From NCBI GenBank assembly GCA_015485355.1, contig WFTQ01000084.1:10104-74103 (forward strand): a stretch of DNA of 64,000 bases. Reading direction: 5' to 3'. Each line of letters opens with the position of its first letter. Position 1 is the first letter of the stretch. A model generated the notes under the pieces. The model did no database searches and was not told the DNA's origin. It saw only the letters and a program-made list of their open reading frames with translations. Below are positions 29,361-37,444 of the stretch, one piece after another. Origin of the DNA: a bacterium. Its GTDB lineage: Bacteria > Calditrichota > Calditrichia > RBG-13-44-9 > J042. The translations under genes and the position numbers were made by a program.

Positions 29361-30245
29361 ATGAGCACGTCAAAGCAACGGGAAAAGCGGAACGATTCGG
29401 TAATCTTGCTGATTCACTGTCCCGATCGGCGGGGACTGATTGCAGCGGTGACGGAATTCATCACCAAAAACCAGGGGAATATTATTTATTTGGACCAGTA
29501 CGTGGATCCCGTCCATCAAGTTTTTTTTATGCGCATCGAGTGGGAACTGGACAATTTTCTCATTCCCCGGGAAAAAATCGGCGAATATTTCGACACCCTA
29601 CTGGCCCGCCGGTTCCAAATGCAATGGAGCCTGTACTTTTCCCGGGAAGTGTTGCGGATGGCGATATTCGTATCGAAATTGCCTCATTGTCTGTACGACA
29701 TCCTATCCCGCTGGAAGACCGGGGAATTTGTCGTCGACATTCCCTTAATCCTCAGCAATCACCCGGACCTAAAAGCGGTGGCCGAGCAGTTTGGGGTGGA
29801 TTTTTACCATTTTCCGATCACCCCGGAGACCAAAATCGATCAAGAGCAAAGCGAGCTGGAGTTGCTTCGCAAGTATCGGATCGATTTTATTGTACTGGCG
29901 CGATATATGCAAATTCTCACCGAAAGGTTTGTACAACATTATCCCAATCGGATCATCAATATTCACCATTCGTTTCTACCGGCATTTCCGGGAGCCCGGC
30001 CCTACCATTCGGCCTACGAACGGGGCGTTAAAGTCATTGGCGCCACCAGTCACTATGTGACCGCTGCCCTGGATGAAGGTCCCATCATCGAACAGGACGT
30101 GGTTCGGGTCAGCCATACCGATACCCTATCCGATTTCATCCGCAAGGGACGAGACCTGGAAAAAGTGGTGCTGGCAAGGGCCGTCTGGCTTCATCTGCAG
30201 CACAAAACCCTGGTCTATCAAAACCGCACCATCGTCTTCACCTGA
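29361..30245 (+). CDS. purU: Formyltetrahydrofolate deformylase
   Basis: ACT domain CPDRRG, LARYMQIL, INIHHSFLPAF, GVKVIGATSHYVT..LDEGPIIEQ. Confidence 0.97.
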   Translation: MSTSKQREKRNDSVILLIHCPDRRGLIAAVTEFITKNQGNIIYLDQYVDPVHQVFFMRIEWELDNFLIPREKIGEYFDTLLARRFQMQWSLYFSREVLRMAIFVSKLPHCLYDILSRWKTGEFVVDIPLILSNHPDLKAVAEQFGVDFYHFPITPETKIDQEQSELELLRKYRIDFIVLARYMQILTERFVQHYPNRIINIHHSFLPAFPGARPYHSAYERGVKVIGATSHYVTAALDEGPIIEQDVVRVSHTDTLSDFIRKGRDLEKVVLARAVWLHLQHKTLVYQNRTIVFT

Positions 30246-30313
30246 ACAAAGCGCTCTTCAGCCCGCTAACCAGGGAATGGGGACATTCCCCACGGGAAAT
30301 GTTGGGAAAAGGC

Positions 30314-30342
30314 TTGAAATATCCCTAAAAACTTTCTAAATT
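30314..30342 (+). promoter_or_regulatory. Putative tRNA promoter TTGAAA-N17-TAAATT
   Basis: 17-nt spacing followed by a GC-rich discriminator (GGGCCGCC). Confidence 0.6.
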
Positions 30343-30407
30343 GGGCCGCCCTCGGGGAAAGGAGGGAAGGAGAACCGGGATTTTTCGGAAGCAGGGAAGG
30401 ATTCCAA

Positions 30408-30482
30408 CGGGGCGTAGCGCAGCCTGGTTAGCGCGCTTGGTTCGGGACCAAGAGGTCGCCAGTTCAAATCTGGCCGCCCCGA
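30408..30482 (+). tRNA. tRNA-Pro (CGG); CCA not encoded
   Basis: CGGGGCG acceptor stem, AGCCTGG D-loop, anticodon arm CTTGG-TTCGGGA-CCAAG, T-loop TTCAAAT. Confidence 0.97.
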
Positions 30483-30734
30483 CTATCCTCTTCAGGCTCC
30501 GCTTCCTTTTCAACGGGCATTTCCCGGTTTATCGGGATCGACAATCCTTTCAGGGCGATGGCGACACCTGCGTTCGAGCGGGCGGCGTTCCTCCCCCAAT
30601 CGGAACGGCTTTATCGGGAAAAGTTACCCACCCAACGATTCCATGCCGAACGGCGGGACAGGGGGTTTCACCGCCGGACGACCGAAAGCCAATCCTTCCC
30701 GCCATTTTTTGCAGGCAATCCGCTTCACAGACCC

Positions 30735-31559
30735 TCAATCGCTCAACCTCAGGGAAACCAGGATCCCGAAACCAATCATCAAGAGACCCACGGCGCCTTC
30801 GGCGAAGCTTTCCGGCCAACCGGGGAAAATCGCAAATAGGGAAGCCACCACCAAGCCCAGAATGAAATAAAAGGTCTCCCGGGGGAATGTTTTCAATAAC
30901 ATTTCGATGGCCCTGGCAAAAGACCAGACACCCAGAAGGATGCCGGTGCCCAGAACAGCCAGAGGCACTAGATCCATATGTTTAACGGCCCGAATAACCA
31001 CTTCATATTGTCCCAAAAGCACCAGCATAAAGGAGCCGCTGATACCCGGAACAATCATGGAGCCGCCGGAGAGCACCCCGGCAAGCAACAGGAGGCCGAC
31101 GGCCGCCGCCGAAAACTGGAAGGCGCTACCGCTTGTTTCCACGGTAGGGTTGTCCTTCGACAACAGGGTAAAAAACAGGATCAGGCCCGCGCCGCCCAAA
31201 AAAACCAATCCCGCCAGCGGGGATAAACGCATATCCGAATGGGAACGATAAATGGAAGGAATAGAACCGGCAATCAATCCAATAAAGAATAGATAGGTAT
31301 ATCCGGGGTAATGGGTCAAGAGATAGTCCATGATCCAGGAAAAAACCAGAATGGCCAGAATGGCGCCCATACCAACCTTAAGCAGGAACTTGACATACTC
31401 CCATCGTCGCTTCCGATTGCTTACCACTTCTCCAATGGCCTCAATGAGCGGTTCATAAATGCCCAGCACCACGGCCATGGTTCCGCCGGACACCCCCGGG
31501 ATAATGTTGGCGATACCGATCAACCCGCCCTTGAGCATCAGTTTAATCTGTTCTTTCAT
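30735..31559 (-). CDS. DUF368 family membrane protein (undecaprenyl-phosphate translocase family)
   Basis: IANIIPGVSGGTMA..GIYE, MIVPGISGSFMLVLLGQY; ATGA overlap with the pcm stop. Confidence 0.92.
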   Translation of the reverse strand: MKEQIKLMLKGGLIGIANIIPGVSGGTMAVVLGIYEPLIEAIGEVVSNRKRRWEYVKFLLKVGMGAILAILVFSWIMDYLLTHYPGYTYLFFIGLIAGSIPSIYRSHSDMRLSPLAGLVFLGGAGLILFFTLLSKDNPTVETSGSAFQFSAAAVGLLLLAGVLSGGSMIVPGISGSFMLVLLGQYEVVIRAVKHMDLVPLAVLGTGILLGVWSFARAIEMLLKTFPRETFYFILGLVVASLFAIFPGWPESFAEGAVGLLMIGFGILVSLRLSD

Positions 31560-32194
31560 AATGGCCACCCTTTCTTGCCGATCAGTGGAACAAACTGAAA
31601 CACTTCCAATTCCGTTTCGATGAACCGATCGTTTATTCGGTCGATGGTCTTTAATTTCTGCTGGTGTGTCGGCCCCACCGGAACAAGCAACCGGCCTCCT
31701 TCCGCCAGTTGATCCCGTAGAGGGACAGGCACTTGGGGGGTCCCTGCGGTAACCAGGATGCGATCAAAAGGTGCCTGAGAGGGCCATCCCAGACTCCCGT
31801 CCCCGACCATGATGGCCACCCGGTAATATCCCAATCTTTCCAGCACCCGGCGGGCTTTTTGTGCCAATTGGGGAATCCGCTCGATGGAAAACACCCGGTC
31901 GCACAATTCCGCCAGCAGAGCCGTTTGGTATCCGCTACCGGTACCCACCTCCAGAACCTTCTCCCGTCCCGACAGCTCCAGCAACGCCGTCATCAAGGCC
32001 ACCGTGCCGGGATGAGAAATGGTTTGCCCGTATCCGATGGGCAGGGATTTTCCCGCATAGGCCTGGTTGCGCATGGCCGGATCCACAAACAGGTGGCGGG
32101 GTACCTTCCGGAAAGCAGCAATCACCCGTTGGTCCCGAATTCCAGCGCCTTTTACCCACTGATGTACCATCTGACCCCGCTGTTTCTCATACAT
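31556..32194 (-). CDS. pcm: Protein-L-isoaspartate O-methyltransferase
   Basis: VPRHLFV, IGYGQTIS, LEVGTGSGYQ, GDGSLGW..APFDRI, FVPLIG. Confidence 0.96.
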   Translation of the reverse strand: MYEKQRGQMVHQWVKGAGIRDQRVIAAFRKVPRHLFVDPAMRNQAYAGKSLPIGYGQTISHPGTVALMTALLELSGREKVLEVGTGSGYQTALLAELCDRVFSIERIPQLAQKARRVLERLGYYRVAIMVGDGSLGWPSQAPFDRILVTAGTPQVPVPLRDQLAEGGRLLVPVGPTHQQKLKTIDRINDRFIETELEVFQFVPLIGKKGWPL

Positions 32195-32918
32195 GGCCCA
32201 ACCACCTCTGAAATGCCAATGTACCCATTAACAAAATGAAATCGAGGGTATCGGGGAGATGTTTAATGGCGCTGGGCTCTCCCCGATACACCGTGGGTAT
32301 TTCCACAAATACCATGGTTGCTTTTCGCCATCCCAGACGCACGGCCATCTCGCTCTCCAGATGAAACCCGTCCCGTTGCATGGGGAGCCTTTGCAGCACC
32401 GAACGTCGGTAAAGCCGGAAGCCGCATTGGCTATCGCGAATCAAACGCCCCACCATCAGGGATATGATCAGCGAAGTGAGCAGATTGGACAGAATACGAT
32501 GAAAAGGCATCACCCCGGGGATTCGGCGGCGGTATCCCAGCACGACATCGGCGGCGGAACGGGTGAATGCCTGCAAAAATTGGGGTATATATTCCGGTGG
32601 ATGTTGCAGATCCCCATCCATGGTTAAGATGGCTTCCACTTCTTTTCTGGCACCGAAAAATTGAAATCCGGTCTTCAGGGCCCTTCCCTTGCCCCGATTC
32701 CGTGGATGCCGCAACCGGTGGACGAGCAAATCGGGAATGATCCAGGAACCGATGGGAGGTTCAGAACCATCATCCACAATGAGGACTTCCATCCGCCAGG
32801 GGCGAATCCGTTCCTGAACCCGACTTAATTCCTGCAACAATTGAGGTAAGAAACGCGCGGCATTATATACGGGGACGATCACCCCGACCACCGGCCCGGA
32901 GGACGGTTCTACAGCCAT
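32187..32918 (-). CDS. Glycosyltransferase family 2 (DPM synthase-like)
   Basis: IVPVYN, VDDGS, NRGKG, MDGDLQH, DSQCGFRLY; start uncertain (32918 or 32927). Confidence 0.88.
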   Translation of the reverse strand: MAVEPSSGPVVGVIVPVYNAARFLPQLLQELSRVQERIRPWRMEVLIVDDGSEPPIGSWIIPDLLVHRLRHPRNRGKGRALKTGFQFFGARKEVEAILTMDGDLQHPPEYIPQFLQAFTRSAADVVLGYRRRIPGVMPFHRILSNLLTSLIISLMVGRLIRDSQCGFRLYRRSVLQRLPMQRDGFHLESEMAVRLGWRKATMVFVEIPTVYRGEPSAIKHLPDTLDFILLMGTLAFQRWLGHV

Positions 32919-33193
32919 ATTGGACATCCTCACGCTTTTCGGGGAGGTGTTCCCGAGGCTGTCTTTTGTTGCCCGAAGTGCCACGTGCCGGTCTTTCTCC
33001 TGTTACTTGAGTCTACCGCCCTCTCATCCGATACGGCCGCTGTTTGCGCCCTTCCGGTTTCCCAGGCCGGTGTTTTGCCCACGGCTTCTTGCAGACGCCA
33101 CCTCGCGATGGATACCCTTGCCGGGCCGGTAGAGGACTTCCGGCTTTCCCTGAGCCGGTCACCTCCAAGGGATTGCGCCCTGCCGGGGGCACT

Positions 33194-33225
33194 AAAAGAA
33201 AAGGGGAATCTTCCGATTCCCCTTT
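33194..33225 (-). terminator. Terminator downstream of tRNA-Pro(GGG)
   Basis: On the minus strand: AAAGGGGAATC-GGAA-GATTCCCCTTT perfect stem followed by TCTTTT. Confidence 0.8.
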
Positions 33226-33230
33226 GGTCG

Positions 33231-33305
33231 TCGGAGCGACTGGATTCGAACCAGCGACCCCCACCACCCCAAGGTGGTGCGCTATCCAGGCTGCGCCACG
33301 CTCCG
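33231..33305 (-). tRNA. tRNA-Pro (GGG)
   Basis: CGGAGCG acceptor stem, anticodon arm CCACC-TTGGGGT-GGTGG, GGTTCGAATCC T-arm; upstream TTGATT-N17-TAAATT promoter (33348-33320). Confidence 0.97.
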
Positions 33306-33489
33306 ACATTTCGACATAAAATTTATAAAAGCCGGCATTCAAAATCAAGCCTTTTGGAAACTCGGGTCATCCCCGTTCGAAATATAATCATTTTATTTTC
33401 AAACAATTATCCCCCTTCCCAACCGTTCCCTCCACCCCGTTTTTACCTCCGCTTTTCCGAAAACGGTTTCCCCATATCCTTTCGGGGAG

Positions 33490-33849
33490 TCATGAATCTT
33501 TGTCAAGCAAGTCCAGAATCTCCTGAATCTCCAGCTTGATTTCGGCCAGCAATACTTTCCACTTTATATTTTCCCCACCATCCTTATGCTGCCGAAAGTC
33601 TTTTAACCGCCGGCGGATCTCATCGTCGGACAATTTCTCCTCCACAATCCATTTTTTGATGTAGAAAAGCATTTCCAGGTCTTTTTCCACATAATATCGA
33701 TTCCCCCCCCGGTTACGAATCGGTTGCAGTTGGGGGAATTTTTTTTCCCAATTCTTCAATAGATAATCGTTAACGCCCACCATATCGCACACCTGACGGA
33801 GCGAATAGTAGAGTTTTTTCCGAGGTTTTTGAATGCGCATGGGCATCAT
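33490..33849 (-). CDS. MerR-family HTH protein
   Basis: KLYYSLRQV..V..YLLKNWEKKFPQLQP.RNRGGNRYY; the subfamily commonly found next to tRNA-Pro(GGG). Confidence 0.85.
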   Translation of the reverse strand: MMPMRIQKPRKKLYYSLRQVCDMVGVNDYLLKNWEKKFPQLQPIRNRGGNRYYVEKDLEMLFYIKKWIVEEKLSDDEIRRRLKDFRQHKDGGENIKWKVLLAEIKLEIQEILDLLDKDS

Positions 33850-33887
33850 TCCCGACTTTCGATAGGGGAATATAAATACGGGGATTC

Positions 33888-34721
33888 TTATTTATCAAGG
33901 AATAAATGCCTCCGGAAGAGCAACTGATAGATTGGGGTCAACACCGCCGGCCAGCGGAGCATGGCCAGGGATAAGCGCAGAGGGAGCCCCGGTCTGCCAT
34001 TTAACTTGCAGGAAAGCTGCCGGGGAGCGTCGAAGGGGAAAACGGTCAAACGCGGAAGCGCGAAGGCATCGGGGGCCGAAACGTCCCAGAACACGTTCCC
34101 CAACCCGAACCGATATCCAGCCCGACGAGCCGCTCGGAGCACCCGGCGGTTATATAATCCAAAGGGATAGGCGAGGGTGACCACTTGATCGCGAAGGCCG
34201 TTTTCCAGCACCCTGCGAGATTCTCGTAATTCTCTTTCCAGCGCCCGATGATTCAAAAACGGCAGGGCCCGGTGGGTCAAAGAATGGGACGCAATTTCCC
34301 AGCCCTGACTGTGCAACTCCTTCAATTGGGCCCAATCCAGATGCCGGAATGACCGCCCGCCCAGGTTTACATCCCATCCATTGGTCCGCCCTACGAATCC
34401 GGCCACCATACAAACCACCGCCCGGAATCCCAGGGCCTGTAAAACCGGAAATGCCTCCCGGTAAACCGATTCCAGTCCATCGTCGAAGGATAAGATGACG
34501 GGGCGCGCGGGCAAAGGACGGTTTTCCAGGATATCGCGAAAAGTAACGCTCCGAAACCCGTGATCCTGCAAAAACTGGACATGTCGGCGGAATCTGCCCG
34601 GATGAACGGTGGTGACGCCCGGCTCCAGGCGGCTGTCGACTTTGTGATAAACCAGGATGGGAATCCCCTTCAAGCTATCCAGGGCCCTACGGCTCAGCAG
34701 CGGTGTCCTCCTCTGCTTCAA
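33888..34721 (-). CDS. Polysaccharide deacetylase (CE4)
   Basis: PILVYHKV, LSFDDG, EIASHSLTH, LAYPFG. Confidence 0.9.
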   Translation of the reverse strand: MKQRRTPLLSRRALDSLKGIPILVYHKVDSRLEPGVTTVHPGRFRRHVQFLQDHGFRSVTFRDILENRPLPARPVILSFDDGLESVYREAFPVLQALGFRAVVCMVAGFVGRTNGWDVNLGGRSFRHLDWAQLKELHSQGWEIASHSLTHRALPFLNHRALERELRESRRVLENGLRDQVVTLAYPFGLYNRRVLRAARRAGYRFGLGNVFWDVSAPDAFALPRLTVFPFDAPRQLSCKLNGRPGLPLRLSLAMLRWPAVLTPIYQLLFRRHLFLDK

Positions 34722-35823
34722 CCTTCAGGTGGTAAACCGGAACGGAAAGGGCCTGTGCCAGAAAGGCGTTGGTCACATGGCCCTCATAGATGGCCAAACC
34801 ACTACGCAATTGGGCATCCTGGCGCACGGCTTCTTCGAAACCCATTTCGGCAATGCGTTCCAGGTAAGGCCAGAAGGCGCTGCTCAACGCCTGCGACGCC
34901 GTGATGGGGACCACCCCGGCCAGGTTGGGCACACAATAATGGATGACGCCGTCCACAACAAAAATAGGGTTGGCGTGGGTGGTCGCCTTACTGGTTTCGA
35001 CGTTGCCCCCACGATCGACAGCGACATCGACAATGACGCCGCCCCGGGGCAATAAGGCCACCATTTTTTTACTGATCAATACCGGAGAACGAGCATCCGG
35101 TTGATGCACGGCGGTGATCAGTAGATCGGTTTGGGGCAAGACCTGGAGCAGGTGTTCTTCCGTACTCAGCAGGGTTTCCACATTGGGCGGCAGGTTGTTC
35201 CGAATCTCCTCCAATCGCCGAAACTCTTTATCTAATAACACTACATGGGCCCCCAATTGGGCGGCCATCCGGGCGGCAAAATAGCCCACGGCACCGGCTC
35301 CCAGTATGGTGACCCGCGTGGGAGGAACGCCCGTAATGTTGGCCAGCAGTTTTCCTCGACCACTGTTTTGTTTTTCCAGAAAAAACATGCCTTGCTGCAC
35401 GGCCATCTTCCCGGCGATCTCGCCGTTGATGGCCATCATAGGCCGCTTACCGTCCCGCGTCATGAACATCTCGTAAGCAAAACAGCTACAGCCTTTCCCC
35501 AGCAGATTGCGAGCCAGATCCAGATTGTTCACAAAATTGAAAAAGGCAAAAATTTTGTGTTCGGGACGAATCAGGTCATACTCCACCGGCATGGGGCCCT
35601 GGATCTTTAAAATGACTTCCGCCTGGGAATACAACTTCTCCGAAGAAGGAACAACCAGGGCACCCACTTTTTCGTAGGCTTCATTGGACACTAAACTGTC
35701 TTCTCCCGCGCGAGCCTCCACCAGCACCTGATGCCCCCGCTTCACCAGTTCCTTTACCACAAAAGGCATGGCCCCCACCCGATATTCGTGAGGCCGAATT
35801 TCCAGAGGTATGCCAAAGATCAT
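34687..35823 (-). CDS. Alanine dehydrogenase-like protein (divergent active site)
   Basis: GIPLE...EYRV, GAGAVG Rossmann motif, VDVAVDRGG, HYCVPN; KVKEP and LHLA motifs altered. Confidence 0.8.
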   Translation of the reverse strand: MIFGIPLEIRPHEYRVGAMPFVVKELVKRGHQVLVEARAGEDSLVSNEAYEKVGALVVPSSEKLYSQAEVILKIQGPMPVEYDLIRPEHKIFAFFNFVNNLDLARNLLGKGCSCFAYEMFMTRDGKRPMMAINGEIAGKMAVQQGMFFLEKQNSGRGKLLANITGVPPTRVTILGAGAVGYFAARMAAQLGAHVVLLDKEFRRLEEIRNNLPPNVETLLSTEEHLLQVLPQTDLLITAVHQPDARSPVLISKKMVALLPRGGVIVDVAVDRGGNVETSKATTHANPIFVVDGVIHYCVPNLAGVVPITASQALSSAFWPYLERIAEMGFEEAVRQDAQLRSGLAIYEGHVTNAFLAQALSVPVYHLKVEAEEDTAAEP

Positions 35824-35835
35824 CGTCAGTGACTC

Positions 35836-37086
35836 CTAATTTGCTTTTTGGGGAACAAAAACAACCTTTACGGCCTTATCCGGATCCAGAATCCGCCGGG
35901 TCAATTCCCAGAGGCTTTCCCGATCCACCCGATCGATGGCCTCCAGCACGGCGTCGATGGTCTCCAGCTTTCGACGATAAATCTCCATTTTCCCCAGACG
36001 CGACATCCGCCGTGCGGTGCTCTCCAGACCCAGCATTAAACTCCCCTTTAACTGAGATTTGGTCTGGTGCAATTCTTCCGGTTTCGGCGGATTGTCTCGC
36101 AGGTCTTGCAGCTCCCTCTCCAGCAGCCCCTCGGCCCGTTCCAGGTTTTTCATGTCGGTGCCCAGATAAATACTCAACAAGCCGATATCAAAATAGGTAT
36201 CGATGAAGGAATAAATCGAATAGGCCACACCATGCTTCTCTCGAATATTCTGGAACAGGCGGGAACTCATTCCACCACCCAGCAGAGTATTCAAGACCAG
36301 GAGTTCATACTTCCGGGGATGGTGATACGGGAGCGCCGGAAACCCGACACAAATATGAGACTGGTTAATGGGCTTCGGGTAAACCCATTCGCCCCTTCCC
36401 AGATGGTCCGGCGAATGCACCGTCCAGGGATGGTTGGATTCGGAGAAGGTAAAATGACGGGAGCACAATTCCACCAATTCTTCATGCCGTAAATTTCCCG
36501 CGGCGGCGATCACCATATTGCGAGCCGAATAAAACCGGCGATAGAATGCCACCAGATCGTTCCGGGAAAGCCGGGAAACCGTCTTTGCCTCGCCCAAAAT
36601 GGGAAAACCCAGCGCGTGATCCGGAAAAAGAGCCCGAATCATATAATCCTGGATCAATTCGTCGGGGCTGTCCTCCAGCGAGTGGATCTCGTCCAGAATC
36701 ACCAACCGCTCTTTTTCCATTTCCTCTGCCGAAAATCGAGAGCATAATAAAATATCCGATAACACGTCCACGGCACGGGGTAGATACTCGTCCAGAATTT
36801 CGGCATAGTAACAGGTCAGATCTTTACTGGTATAGGCATTTAAATGACCGCCAACCGATTCCAGGCTTCGAGCGATCTCCAAGGGACTCCGACGATCGGT
36901 TCCTTTAAACATCATATGCTCCAAGAAATGGGCAATGCCGTTGTTCTCGGCCGTTTCGAACCGGGTTCCCGTTTTGACCCACACACCTATGGATACGGAA
37001 CGAACCGAAGGGATCTGTTCGGAGATGACCGTCAATCCGGAAGGCAACACGCTCCGATTGATTTTTGCCTCTACCATGGTTTCCAT
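35836..37086 (-). CDS. M16 family zinc peptidase
   Basis: GIAHFLEHMMFKGT (HxxEH), NAYTS, LGGGMSSRLFQNIREK; common pnp neighbour. Confidence 0.94.
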   Translation of the reverse strand: METMVEAKINRSVLPSGLTVISEQIPSVRSVSIGVWVKTGTRFETAENNGIAHFLEHMMFKGTDRRSPLEIARSLESVGGHLNAYTSKDLTCYYAEILDEYLPRAVDVLSDILLCSRFSAEEMEKERLVILDEIHSLEDSPDELIQDYMIRALFPDHALGFPILGEAKTVSRLSRNDLVAFYRRFYSARNMVIAAAGNLRHEELVELCSRHFTFSESNHPWTVHSPDHLGRGEWVYPKPINQSHICVGFPALPYHHPRKYELLVLNTLLGGGMSSRLFQNIREKHGVAYSIYSFIDTYFDIGLLSIYLGTDMKNLERAEGLLERELQDLRDNPPKPEELHQTKSQLKGSLMLGLESTARRMSRLGKMEIYRRKLETIDAVLEAIDRVDRESLWELTRRILDPDKAVKVVFVPQKAN

Positions 37087-37384
37087 CGTATGCTCATCCC
37101 TTTCATCAATTTACAGTCGATTCTCCGGCGGTGCAACGGCGCGTCCCCGACGGCGCTGTTTAAGCATCATTCTCCATTTCCACGCCTTGGGTATTGCTGC
37201 CTTCGTCGTCTTTCGATCGCTTCCGCGCCACCTCTCTCCCTTCTGTCCTCCCGGATGGGGAATCCCGACACCACCGCGGGAGCCGTCCGGGATTTTTTCT
37301 CTCTTAATGCCAACGCTCACCGATGCTTTACCATTTTCGGCATTTTGCCTCTCCCGCTTCACAGCAACGGCCATGGAGGTGGAA

Positions 37385-37416
37385 TAAAAAACGGGAAACC
37401 CACGTCGGGATTCCCG
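37385..37416 (-). terminator. Terminator after pnp
   Basis: On the minus strand: CGGGAATCCC-GACGT-GGGTTTCCCG followed by T6. Confidence 0.75.
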
Positions 37417-37444
37417 CATGTCAGATTCGGCATCCTAAGCGTGT

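Noticed and set aside
30408..33305. Genomic island or integrative element at the tRNA-Pro genes
   Set aside because: No integrase, no duplicated tRNA 3' end, and the intervening genes are ordinary
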